Shown piece after piece: positions 24,466 through 37,490 of a DNA stretch of 64,000 bases; the stretch's first letter is position 1, and the number at the start of each line of letters is the position of its first letter. The stretch is from Camelus dromedarius. Its lineage: Eukaryota. Both the position numbers and the translations under genes were made by a program. Below the pieces are notes generated by a model that worked only from the letters and a program-made list of their open reading frames with translations, had not been told where the DNA came from and made no database searches. The stretch is taken from assembly GCF_036321535.1 (NCBI RefSeq), contig NC_087437.1, forward strand, positions 115,570,001 to 115,634,000, read 5' to 3'.

Positions 24466-26569
24466 TCTAATGATTTTTCCCTAAATGCACTCAATTATTT
24501 AACACTCCTAAGGAAACTGTAATAATATTATACAGTTATAAGAACATCAGCCTCACTTGTCTTGAAGGTAGGAGTAAAAATAAATACAGTGGAACCAAAG
24601 CAATTCTGTTAAATTATTACAACTTGCAGAATGCCTACCCGAGAATAATGGAACTTTTTATGATCATTTAGTAACTAGGGGATATTCTGCTGGATGTCAG
24701 GTAGTTTAAGAAAATGGTGAGAAAAGCAACACGCATTTATTAAGCATTTGTCGTGCTGAACATTTCCTCTCGGTGTTAGGTGTATACTAGTGGACAAAGC
24801 CCTTGGTTTCATGGAGCTTGGATTCTAATGGCCGGAGATATACAGTAAACATCTAAACAAACAGATGATGTGGGAGGCGGGTGCAGTCTTCTCCAGAAAG
24901 GCCAAGGATGGTCTCTCCAAGGGAGTGCTTTACTTCAGTTTCATTTGACTTGTTTCAAATGAACACGTGTGTCTGTGGAATCGTCCAGTTGATAGTGCCA
25001 ACCACAGTCGTGCATAAGATCTTGCAAACCTATTCTTATATCCAAAACAACTTACCATTTCTCCCCAGTTGGAGGAGAGAAGTGACGGGTGTCCATGTGA
25101 AAGCCCAGGAAGCTCTGTGCAGAAGGCTGGTCGGGGGACCGGGGACGGGGGGAGCTTAGCACTCTGCTCTTGTTGATTGTTTAGGGGAAGGGCTTTCTTG
25201 CTTTTAAAACAGCGAGTAGGTTTTACTACCAGAAATGTCTTCAGCATTAAGAAAAGCACGTAGTGCCATGCAGGACAGCTGTTGCTAGTGTCGATACGTA
25301 TCGTCCATGTTTCTTGATAGTTAATGTGGATGAACGTTTTATAACTGAAAGTTTGAGAAAGTTTTCCTGAACACCAGGCTTCTCAGTTCACTCATTTTGC
25401 ATAAAATTGATTTTACTGCACTTACTTTAACTACCTCCTGAGTATTATATGTATCTGAAAACTTGGGCATATTAACTGTTTTTGTAAGACACGTTCAACT
25501 AAATGCATTACTATTAAGTACTCACTGCAGCAGGTACAACTCAGGAAACAAACCTGGCAAGTTGCATTTTTCAAAAATTCGAAATGAAAATAGCCTTCAG
25601 GTCCATGGGGGGCTTTAAAAAAACATATTAATTGGCATTATTTTCCTATTCAATAAAGTAGTTAATAGGAAAGTTGGTACTGTTTTCCAGCTATTAAAGT
25701 ATTAGTATCCTGACGTTTGAGAATTCATAGCGTGAAGGCAACTTTCACATCTTTTATCTTTGAATATGTGTGGTGTTTTAGAGTTTATGAAATGTGCTCA
25801 CGTGTGTTTGCTCGCATGAACCTCTCGTAGGTGTTGGAATGATTTATCGTCCCTACTTTACTGGAAAGGCATCTTAGCCTTGAGAAAGGCCAGGGTCGTC
25901 ACACTGTGAGTTAGTTGAGCTGAAGCTAGACTTGACAGTGTACCCGTCGCCTGCCATGAGTCCCAGGCTTGGGGATGCCACCCCCAGGAAGCCCTGGCTG
26001 GTGCTCTCCCTTCTTGCTGATGGAGCACCACGTCCAGGACTGGTGGAAGGAGCTCTCCTGTGGTGCCCTCCTTGGCAACTCTGCTGCCTGCAGTTCTTGA
26101 TAAAAGTCACTGCTCCTCTGGTTGCTGTTAGTCCTGTGACTGTCCCTAGTTGTTAGCGCTCGTCGTCCTCGTCAGTTACAGTGATGTCTTGGCAAGGGAG
26201 GAGAGGGCGCTTGCCATTTGACTATAGAAACCTAGGTTTATGTTTAATAATCTGTCTACTCCTGGTAGGAGAAAATTGGTTCTTTTGTATCCCCCTCCTT
26301 CCTATTAATCTGTGTTTGGGTCTCAGGAGGTGAGTTAGTTGAGCCAGGCAGTTATGGTTTTTGAGTGCCATTGTGTGCCCACTCACTGAAGATTTGTCAG
26401 TGAATGAAGCAGCATCCTTAAGGGCTTTGTATTATAGCTGGGGTAAAGAGATAATAACACAAACACAGGTACTGTATAAATAAACATAAACATACAATAT
26501 TTTATATGATGTAGATAGGTAATATATAGGTATATAAGCATGTGTGTGTATATATATAATTTCAGTGCC

Positions 26570-26782
26570 TCACAATAACTTTGCTGCCTCTGAAGCCTGA
26601 AGACCCAAATCCAGCCTGTTGCTTCTTTTTAATAAATACACAGTCACACTCATTGGCTTATGTATTGTCTGTGGCAGCTTTTATGCTGTAAGGACAGAGT
26701 TGATTAATTACAACAGTGTATCCTCAATAAAGCCTAAAATATTCACACTCTGGCTTTAAGAAAAAATTGGCTGACCTCTTGC
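26570..26782 (+). mobile_element. MER58-type hAT-Charlie DNA transposon
   Basis: ccaaatccagcc...tgtattgtctgtggcagcttt...cagagttga...aaagcctaaaatatt...gctgacct. Confidence 0.75.
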
Positions 26783-27494
26783 TCAAGATTTTGCCAGCCA
26801 TTGTACTCGAAGATAGCGGTTCAGCCTCAGAGCTAGAAAATAAAGCTTGATTTCAGAAACCACCAGAGATGACAGACAGCTGGAACTTTGGTGCAAAGAG
26901 GATAGTTTCCACCCACTAGGTGTGGGTCACCGTGGTAACTCAGGTGGAGGTGACTAAGGAAGTTTTGCTTCGAGATGGGGAGCCTGTTCTGCTTTCAGAA
27001 GAGCGTTTGTTGTTAGTATTTTATAGTAGTGTGAATTGTTCATGGTGATTTTTAAAATGTGATCTAATAAAAGTGATGATCTTATAAAAGTGTATACAGA
27101 TTAGATAATGAGAGTTGCTCCTGTTTCCTTAGAGTCCCACTCTTCAGAAATATTCATTAAGAGCTGTTAAGACATGGAGTTTTCCCTCTGTCTAAATATT
27201 TCCTTCTATCCAAGAGTTTTAAAAAAATGTTTTCTGATTATTTTCTTTCACGTTGTGACCTGTTAGTTGACTTGGTTCCTCAAAATGCAGAGAATTAGGG
27301 GTTGTACAGTTGAGTGTTCATTACATATAATACTAACATAAAATATTTTGGAAAGAATTTTAAGTGTAAGTTTTCCCATCAGTTATGAGTTGCCATTGTA
27401 GATTTTTAAAATTAGGCTTTCATGGCAAATATTAAAGCACTTTTGTACTATATCATCATTATTTAAAATCTTACAAATTTTCATCAGAATTCTT

Positions 27495-27645
27495 CTAGTG
27501 GAGGCACCCCGTAATCTGATCACCTGGTAAATCTTTGAAAAATATTGATGTCTGGTCCCCATTTCAGGCCTAAATGAATCCAGATCTTTAGAGGATGGGA
27601 TGTCATCTGTAAAAAAGAGCCCTCCAAGTGAGCTATTGAGTAGGT
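27495..27645. mobile_element. MER5-type hAT-Charlie fragment
   Basis: atcacctgg...tgatgtctggtcccca...gaatc...ctccaagtga. Confidence 0.55.
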
Positions 27646-27939
27646 AGCACCTTGTATGATACAACTTGTTTTCATAATGAAAATTTATAGGAAGATAGGA
27701 AGGTTTAACATGCTTCTAGTATATAATTCATGATTTATCCTGGAAAAAAATTTATATACTGAGTTCCTTTGAATCCAAATATTGAACAAAGGAAGGAAAT
27801 GCATATAAAACAGGGATTATGTCATCTGATTTAAAGAGTCACGTTAATTTACTCCCTCCCACCCTCTACTTTTGTACTTAATCACCAAGAAAAAGTCCTT
27901 TCAAAATCAAAAACACATTTCTTAACTTTTGGATGGTAG

Positions 27940-28975
27940 CTTTGTATTAGTCCAGATCTTTACTAATGGCAAGTAACATACATCTGATCACTGTTTTCAG
28001 TGAAGTATTTGCTAACTTCCCTAGGCAGATATTACTCCCTGTTTTCATTGTGCTAGGCTAACTGATATAACAGGCATGCAACATTTCATTGATTTAAATT
28101 AGAAATTTATTTCTTGTGTATGTAATAGCCCAGTGACTGACAATAACTGTTTTGCTCCATACAGTCACTCAGGGACCAAACTGGATATTTTTCCTATCTC
28201 ACATATGATGTCCAAAGGTGGCCCTGGGTTTTGGCATTCAGTCATTGGATTGGGGAAGAGCGTGGAGGTTTGTGGGTCAGGCCTGGTAGTATATACGTCA
28301 CTTCTGTTGACGTTCCACAGGCCAGAGCTGAGTCACAGGGACATGCTAGCTGCAGGGGAAGCTGGGAAATGACTAGTTGCCTCAGTCAGGGGGAAAAAAT
28401 TGCCTTTGGTTGTCGGTTAGCAGTCTTGTCCATGTGGCATGTACGGCCACCGTAAACACCAGCAGGGCCTTGGTTTATTCTGTGTAACATTTTCTTTCGT
28501 TGTTCCTTTTCTCGTCCCCCTTTTTTGAGTGATTGTCCCTTGTTGTTCATTTATGTGCGACAGTCAGGGTTCTTGGATGCAGACAACAAACTCATCCTTG
28601 GCTAATTTAGGCAGAAAATGAATCAGTTAGCCTGCAGAATTGATTGGAAAGCTGGAGACTGTGCTAGAGAACTAAGTAGGAGGCAACGTGGCAGGCAGCA
28701 GCAGAGGACACAGCCAGGTCAGGCCACAGGCCCGGTCTCGCCGCTCCTGGCTCTTTGCAGTCAGCTGCTGTGTGAGCTTCGCCTTCCCTTCCCTGCGGGG
28801 AGCATGCTCACACTGCCCGTGCACCTTGCAGGAGCTGCGCCTCCAGTTCTCAGGCTGCGCAGGAACGTTTGACCGTTCAAACTTGGGTTGCTAGAAGGGA
28901 GTGAGGATGAGAGAAGTTTTGTTACTGTTTGGCTTTTATAGTAGGAGACACGGCTTTTTCTGTCGTCTGTGATTG
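27940..28975. mobile_element. Two old MLT1-type (MaLR) LTR remnants
   Basis: tgtattagtc...gcaagtaaca; ggccagagctgagtcaca...gctgcaggggaagctgggaaatg; cagtcagggttcttggatgcagacaaca. Boundaries approximate. Confidence 0.55.
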
Positions 28976-29209
28976 CCACAAACCGTGATGGGTGTCCAGA
29001 TACTGAGTGACCAAAAAGTGACAAACGCCTACTCAGGACCTTTTCATCAGAAGAAAATGTGCCATGTTGGGTGTAAGATAGGAGACTGTCCCAGTCTTGA
29101 TTTTGCCACTGACCTTTTGGGACAAAACATTAAACTTCTCTAGGTCGCAGGTGTCCCCTCTATAAACTGAGATGGGGAACTTGATGTCTGATAATACTTG
29201 TTAATCTGC

Positions 29210-30100
29210 AACTCATTGAATAAAATATTTATTGAATGCCTTTATGTGCTGGCATGAAAGAGAAGAGTGAGAGAGGCATGCTGGCTGTCTCGCCCTTCAG
29301 AGCAGAGAATTCCTTCTCGAACAGTTGTGGGGGGCCCAGCAGCTCCTGAGGAGCCCCTCATCTGGATGAGAGGGTTGTGGGCAGGGGTCTCTCTGCTTCG
29401 CTCACCCACTTATTTATTGTCTATTTTAAACCTTTGCATTGTTGTATTCATGAGAATATATAAACAAATACGACCAGTCCTTCCCTCAAGTGTTCTAATT
29501 GTGAGGATGTGCTGATTACTTTAGCATAGAACATGTTTGCTGTGTTAACAGCAGAATAGTAGGAAAGAAATGGAGCAGGGAGCAGCTCACTGCAAGATTC
29601 TGGGAAGGTTTCTTAGAGAAGATGACATTAGATCTGGGTTTTAAAGTTTGAATCCAAGATTTCTAGGAGCAGAAAAGAGGAGAAAAGGGACCACATTCTA
29701 GATGGGGGAACACTTCTGCCTGGGCACTGTCAGTGCAGCTCAGAGGGAGGCCATGTATGGGGGCACGGGACGGAGAGACCTGGCGGGCAATGAGACGAGG
29801 TGACATGTAAACCTGGAAGCTCTGGATCTCTTAAAGTGATGCTGATCTTGAACCTGTGATTAAGGAAGCAGACTGGCAGCAGTGGGGAGAGGGCACAGAG
29901 ACTGGGTAAGGCTCGGGTGCTATAGAATCACCCCTTCGTCACTTTCACTTTCTTCTGAATTAGAGCCTGACAGAGTAAAGAAATTAACAGTTGGATTTGT
30001 GAGACATTCCTGAGGCCAGAGTCTCAGAATGTAGTTTGTGTGTAGAGGGAGGTGGGGGTGAGAGAGAGTTTCTGGCTCGAGTGGATGGATAGGGGATGCA
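29210..30100 (-). mobile_element. L2 fragments
   Basis: cattgaataaaatatttattgaatgcct, followed by a purine-rich L2 body. Confidence 0.6.
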
Positions 30101-30523
30101 GTTCATAGAACCGGGCGCACACGGCGTTCCTCTCTGTGCTCCCGCCCAGGCAGGCAGAGCGCCGGGCTTTCTGACCCGCTCAGGTTAGCCTGGGGGTGTG
30201 TGAGTGTAACAACAGCACGTGCTCCGGATGGCCACTGCCAGTCTGTCTCAGCTCGTGCTTGACAGGAGACCTGGCTGTACTCTCTGTTGTGAGGGACGGG
30301 AGGTGAAGTGGAAGACACAGCTCCCCTCCACTCCCAATTTCTCTTTTCCTTGTTTTATTTTCTTCAGAACACTGATCATTTTCTGACATTACTGAATTCA
30401 CTTACTTATTTTGTGAGGGATCGTGTCCTCTCCCAACCAGCAATAAAATACAAACTCCAGGAGGCCAGAGTCTTTGCCCTTCATCTTCTCTTGTGTCTTT
30501 AACGCTAAGAACTTTTTCTAGTA

Positions 30524-30823
30524 CAGCACTGTCCAGTAGATTATAACATAAGCCACCTATGTAATTTAAGCTTTCAGGAGTCACAGTTTAAAAAATAGAA
30601 AAAAAGAAACATTAATTTTGGTATCTTATTTTACCCACTATATCTAAAATATGTTATTTTAAAATTAAAAATTTATTGATATATCCTACATTCTGTTTTT
30701 TGTAGTAATTCCTTGAAATCTTGCATGTGCTTTGCATTTGCAGCTTATCTCAGTTCCAGATAGTTGCATTTCAAGCACTGAGTGGCCACCTGTGACTAGT
30801 GGCTACCGTACCGGACAGCTAAG
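30524..30823 (+). mobile_element. MER33-type hAT-Charlie element nested in an L2 3' end (about 30330-30870)
   Basis: Terminal inverted repeats ctgtcca / cggacag and the internal motif agtggctaccgta. L2 tail ttgttgaatgaatgaa lies at about 30855-30870. Confidence 0.8.
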
Positions 30824-33800
30824 GTGTAGAACATAGTGGGGGCGTGGTAAATGTTTGTTGAATGAATGAATTAGAGGATAGATTGTTAAGGGGGCGTGTA
30901 GAATCCCGGAAGGTCCCATGTGCCAGGTACCAATTTAAACATTAAGTCTTTGATTTTCATAATAGTCTTGAGGTTTGAGTACTGGCTTAACCCATTCTGC
31001 AGATGGGAAGGGAGGCACAGATTTATTTACCCAGTCACTCAGTCGCTGGGTAGTAAGTGGCGAGATTGAATCCAGACACCCCAGTGTTTGTTTATCGCTG
31101 TGACTGAAAACACAGCCAGAGCCATATCACTCCTGGCATACCTTCCCTGGTGCCCTCTTAGCTTTTTTACAAAATCCAGATTTCTTACCCTGGCGGAAGG
31201 ACTCTGGTCCAGCCTACCTGTGTATCCTTACCTGCTCCTTTGTCTGTACTCCATTATCCAGCCAAACCTGAAGTGACATTTGAACTGCAGTTGGGAGGGG
31301 AAGTGGGAGTTGCTCAGGCAAAGCAGCAGAGCCAGGACTTCCGAGGTGGAAGGTGTCCCTGGTATGCTGGGAGTCTGGGGGGCGGGTGTCGGGGGAGGCC
31401 GCAGGGACAGGGCTGCTGAACTGTGGCTCACTTCCTAGTCTAGTCTTTTCTCACAGGTCAGTTTTGTGAGCTCGTCACAGAATTCATGGTGACTAGAGAA
31501 CTGGCTTTTCTTTTTTTTTAAAGGTTCTTTTGTAAAATTTGATGTGAAGTTTACTCGTTTTTCCTAGACTCTCTTTTAAATTCCCGTCTCTTCTGGCCAC
31601 AGCGACCCATTCATCTGCGTTCACCTGCATTCAAGTAGGTTGCACGTGGGAGGGGACATCTCTCGCAGAGGGCTGGTTCCCAGCCCGATCTCTTTTCAGA
31701 CTTGCTGGTTCAGTTTCTCTTCACTCTTGTGAGGACGCATCAGTCCTGTCTCGCAGGGGTGCTCCCCGTGTCTCTTGAGCACCCCCCACTCCTACTCCCT
31801 CTGTCTCTGAGGAGCGTGGACCCTGGAGAGTCTGGTTTGCCCTACCACCACTGACCAGCCCGAAGCCCATGAATGTGGGGCCACCAGCTGCCAGGCCCCA
31901 TGGGGCTGCTGGACTCTTTTCTTTCTATGTAAAATGTAACAGATGCTGTATTAATGCCACTGATTCGTGGGACTTCCGTGGATCTGAGGCATACTGGCAC
32001 AAAGTTTGGCATGGAGAGTGTGATGAATGTTCTTACTATTTTTTACTTTTATCACTTTTTCTTTAATTGTGAAAAACTGCTAGCAGAGCGTTCTGGTAAA
32101 GGGTCATAGAAAGCTGCTCTATCCATACTGTTATTATTGAGGGTATTCTGCCTGGTTTGGAAAAATGTGCTTGTTTGAGAGGTAAATGGTGAAATCTTAC
32201 TGTTACTTATGTATGGACTTACTTTTTGACTTCTAGTGAATTTGAAAGTTTTTCCATATACTTATTATTGGTTTATGAGAATTTCATCTTTTGCCTGACT
32301 TTTTGGAGGGTGGGGGCGGGAGGCAGTGACAGATCTTAGTGTTTTTAATGGTATCATTAGGGAATTTTATATATTCAGGATATTGTATAACATTTCATAC
32401 AGTAACATTTTCTATACTATTTTCATTTGGTGTGGAACTTAGCCACGAATTTTAAACACTTGCACAGTACATGTGTAAGAAAGAAAACTAATGATGAGCT
32501 CTGAAATGATGTGTTTATTTGCTACATAAGTATACTTTTAATGAAGGGTTACTTTTTTATATTATTACATTTTATAACCTCTGTCTAATAGTTAACAATT
32601 TGCTCAGTGCTTAACTTTTAAAGCGTCTCTGGTCGGATGAATATCTTGCCTTTTGGGCATTTTGTAATGGAAAATCCCCGTAAATATAGTGTTTTAATTG
32701 GAATCACAAAGCCAAATGATTGCCTCATTGGATAATTTTAAGTATTCTGCTGCAATTCAATATAGGTACCCAACCAAGTACTTAACTAGATTTAAAAATA
32801 TCTTGTATGTTTCACAGCTGTCTAGCTAGAACTAAAAAAAAGTGAGGAGAGGAGTATGTGCAGGGTTCTCCTCTTTTCTGCCTGGGGTAGGAGAGGGGAA
32901 GTTTTAAAAAGTGGCTGTGTCCCTCAGCTGCTGTTGCTCTGCCTGCTTTGAGAGAAGGCAGAGGCAGAGATTAGGGAAGGTTTGAGGCAGCTTTCTTTCC
33001 AAAGAAACTGAATGTGCCCGAAACTTAGTAGCATCTTCAGACACTTCTTAAAGTGACACGGTTGTGGCCTAGCTGAAGGTGATGGCAGCCTGTGGTAGGT
33101 GACCTTTCCGCCCGTGTTGTACTCCTGGCTGCCTCTTTCTGTTTCCTGGTTCTTCTTCCCTGCAGGGGAAGGCAGCCACGCAGGCAGCGTCCGGCTCTTC
33201 AGTAGCTTCTAGATGTGTTGCAGTATATCGTGTCTCTTCTGTTTGTACTTTCAGGTTTCTGGAAGGCAGCTTCAGCGTGTGTGGGCCCTGGCAGAATGAC
33301 GGTCAGGAGAGCTGAAGAGAACTCCTGGAGCGGGGTGGGGGAGGGAGCATCTTTGGGTGATTCAGGTTATATATGTATGTACATATTCATACACTGTGTG
33401 TGTGTGTATAAAACATTGAAAGTTTTTCTACTATGTTTTTGTGTAGATATTTTAAAAAAGGAAATAAGTTAGAATCTAACCACCATTTATTAGAAAGTGT
33501 CTTTTCAGCTCTAAACAGAGACTTTTGAACACAACCTTTCCTTTCCTCTGGCAGTGATCTGTGTAACATTTCAAATCCATGGCATTTTACGAGGGAAGGA
33601 CTACTTTGCATTTATGTGACTGGACGAGATGACGATGACTCTTACTTCATGTATAAGGAAACTGCCTTGTTTGTCACCATGCTGCGTTTATGCTGGGGTT
33701 ACGGCAAGTGACAGGACGTCTTAAACCCTAGTTCAGTGTGTTTCTGCGTAGCAAGTTGAACTTTCCAAATCATGTATTTCTCATTTTACCTGTTTTGTAA

Positions 33801-35599
33801 ATGAATATGCTAAATTTGCATGGTACAGAGGAATCTGAGATACAGAAAGACCATGGGGCTTCACAAAGGTGAGTATGAGCAGCTTGGGACCCACAGCTCT
33901 CCCAGCCAGAGGGGTCCAGGGCTCTCCCTTCACTGCCCACGGATGACTCTGACCTGAGAGGTGAACACAAACCCCATCTTCTGACTGAAAATAGGAAGTG
34001 GCATTCACTGAGCGCACAAGTTACTTAGGCTGCATTGAACTGTTCTATGTTTGCCAGCTACTGCTGGTCCTGTCTCAGGTGACTGTCTTGTAAACCATAA
34101 GTGAGGCTACGTCATCCGACCAGCACTAGTACGAGGGACAGCTGTCTGTTAGCCTTGAGCTCTGTGGTCATTTCTTTCATTGAGAGACACGCTGGAGTCT
34201 CAGGATCTGGCTTACCATCTAGTCTGAATGGTAATGGTTTCCTAGCTTGTTTGAAAGAATTATTTCTTGATTATAACCAGCATAGTTTGTCAGTTTGAAT
34301 GACTTAAGTCATTTTTGTAAAACTTTTGGTATCTTTATCAGTGAAAGTTAAACTTAACGCAGGCCAAGTGACTGCAGTGAATGTGTGAATCCTTCAGCTA
34401 AGTAAGTGATTAGCATCTATACAAGTCGTCTAGTCAGGACCCCAGTTTTTGCTCATTTTCTTTAGTGTTAGCCTTGAGGCCTGAGAGAGCAACCAGCACC
34501 GTGTAGATCTTCTAGGTTCTTGAAAATACTTTTATTCTTACAGTAGTAGTAGATTTTTTCCCTTTTTAGGAGCTTGATCTCAGTTTAGCCTGATTAGTTA
34601 CCTGTTGAATGGATCATGTTATTCTAATATATGGCCAGAAAGAAATGTATGTAAATTAGGTCCTATGTTTGTATGTACCACTGTGTCTGTACTCAGTCAC
34701 TGACATTGCCTGAGAGGGCTGCTTCAGCAGCTGTCGCCTCGTGTGCTGTTCCCTTGTGCCGTTATCTGGATTCTGCTAGTCCAGGAGGCATCCTCTTCTG
34801 CCCCTCCGCAGGGTTGTCTGGTGAAACAGCATCTAAAATTAACTCCCAGAAACGAGTTTGCCTTTTGTTCCCCTGAAGGACTGGAGCAGGGTGGGGCGGG
34901 CGGGTCAAGAGACTGCATACATTGAAAACAGTTATAAGCCAGCAAGGATCACGCAACTACCGTCATGGAGATGAACCAATTTTATTGTATTTGCCTGAGA
35001 CTTTTTTGCCTCAGAAACGTGTTTGTGAGCATTATGTACAAGTGGCCAGTATTTTGGTGGTTGTGTTAAATATGTTGCTTTCTTTAGCAGGTAATTTTTC
35101 CAGTAAAGTGTTAGTTTTCAGTTTTAAGGTAAGTTTTGTGGCAGTCTTTTAAAATCAGTTACCAGTTAATCATACCTGAAATCCAGCAGTTTATATGTTT
35201 AATTTATTGCAACATAATACTCTTCCATTTTGTGTTGCATATCTAAATCTTCTAATGGCTGATTCACATTTATAAATTTATAAATGCCTGTGCTCTTTAT
35301 ATGCTACACATTCAGTTAGGCAGCGATTACTTACAGCATGTCTGGAATATTGGGGGAAATATAAATTTACCCATTACATGTTATATACTGTGTGCAGTGT
35401 AGTAATTTATGGAATCTAGCAGCTATATCGTGAGTGACTATTCTAATCCTTTTTGTGTTCCAGATGCTATTATTAAAAATAAGTTCTTGACCTTTTATTT
35501 CAGCTATAAGAATTTGGATTGCCTTTTGTAATTGAAAGGATTAGGGACCATTTTCTGCAGGGTTAATAAGTAAGATTTTTTGTAATCTAGTTGAGGATA

Positions 35600-37490
35600 G
35601 TCTATGTGTCTGTCCATCCATCCACGCATCTACCTGTCTGTGTGGTCTTTCTCAGTGGTTGCTTGAGGGCTTACCACGTGCATCCGTAAGTTACACTGTC
35701 TTGTACTTCCTTTTTACCTCTCCTGTCCTTGATCCTGTGGTTGTCACAGATTTTACTTTTATCTGTGTTATAAACTCCACAATATGTTGTTATTTATGCT
35801 TTAAACAAAAATGTTTAGAAAAATTAAACATTTAAATTACCTTTTTAAAATTGATGAGAGAAATGTCTTTGCTATTTTATCTACATATTTTCATATTTTC
35901 CATTTATGGTTGTCTTTATTCCACTGTATAGATCACAGTTCATATCTGGAATCATTTTTCTTCTGTGAACTGTGAGCATTTTTTGAGTGCAAGTCTGCTG
36001 TTGACAAGTTTTTTCACTTTCATCTGTCTGAAAAAGTGTTTTGCCTTCTTTTGAAGGATGTTTTCACTGGACATAGAATTGTAGGTTAAAGGTCTTTTTC
36101 TTTCGTCATATTAAAGATAGTGCTTTATTTTTTTTGGTGTATATGGTTCTGATGAGAAGTCAGTGCTTCTGTGTGTAAGTGTGCACCCCCCAGCCCCACA
36201 CGGCTGAAGTTTTTTTCTTTTTTTCCTTCATTGTTGATTTTCAGGAGCTGAGTTGAGTGCCTCAGTGTGTATGTGGGTGGGGGTGTTTATACTACTTGGA
36301 GTTCATTGAGTTTGAGTCTGTGGGTTGATACTTTTCATTAGATTTGGAAAACTCTTGACTATTATTTGTTTATAAATTTTTACTCTCCTGTTTCTTTCTC
36401 CTTCCCTTTGATACTTCTTTCAAACAGGGGTGTTAACTTGATTGTGTTCATAGATTTTGGATGCTTTGTGCTTTTTCTATTATATTTTGTATTTGTTTTT
36501 AGTTTCCATTTATCTGTTAAGATTTGCTATTTGTTGTTTTATTTTGTCCATAATTTCCTTTATTTTAAAAAACATATCTTAATAATCCAGTTTCTGTCTG
36601 CTAATTTCATTATTTCTATCATTTCTGGGTCTACTAATGAGTTTTTGTTGTTTTTTCTCTTGAATACAGACCACATTTTCCTGCTTCTCTATGTGCCTAG
36701 TGATTTTTGATTGGATATGGGTGTTTAGAATGCTAAGCTGTTGAGCTTCTGGGTTTTGTTATCCTCATTTTAAAAATGCTGAATTTTGACCTGGTGGGCC
36801 GTTAGTTAACTTGTAGATCATCTGGATCCTTTGAGATTTGTTTCGGTCTCTGTTAGGACCTGTAGACGGCAGCCTTTGCTGTAGGGCTAGTTGAGCTCTC
36901 CTCCTAAAGCGTGGGTTTCCTAGAGTGTCTGGAACGTGTGTGGTGTTCAGCAGGGTCTCTCCCGCTAGGTGATTTGGTCACTCCGTCTGCTGTCCTGTGC
37001 TTTTCTAGTAGTTGTTCGGCTTTCAGCTCCCTGTCGGTCGCTCTCTGCGTGGCTTCCTGGACCTTCGCCTGACGATTGTGCAGCTTTGTATTTGGCCAAA
37101 GAGTCAAAGTGATCCCTGGGTACAGATTAGTGGAGCCCCTTCTCTACATACATAGGTCTCTTATTTCTACTGCCTGCCCCACAAATTCCAGCCAACTCAG
37201 TAGCCTTGAACTCTCATCTACGTCTCCTCGACTCATCAAGACCACTGGGTTCTTTGGAAATTGTCCCTCCCTACACTATACTCTGGACATTGTCTCCAGA
37301 TAGAAAGCCAGGGGGACTGTGAGGCTCACCAAGTTTATTTCCCTTTTCTCAGTGATCACAGCTATGAATGGCCTGTTTTCCACTGTCTGAAAATAATTAT
37401 TTCATATGTTTTGACCACTTTTATAGTGGTTTACGGTGAGTTGAGGTAGTTTAGTACTAGGTACTCTAAAATGGTCAGAAGTGGAAGTCT
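35600..37490 (-). mobile_element. Decayed L1M 5'/ORF1-region fragment, antisense
   Basis: T-rich, with motifs shared with 21500-22600 (tgtctgaaaaagtg, tttgaaggatgttttcactggacatagaatt, atttggaaaa). Confidence 0.7.

Noticed and set aside
28700..31900. GC/CpG-richer patches as a CpG-island promoter
   Set aside because: The patches are short, scattered and partly within old repeats. CpG density looks too low by eye (not computed).
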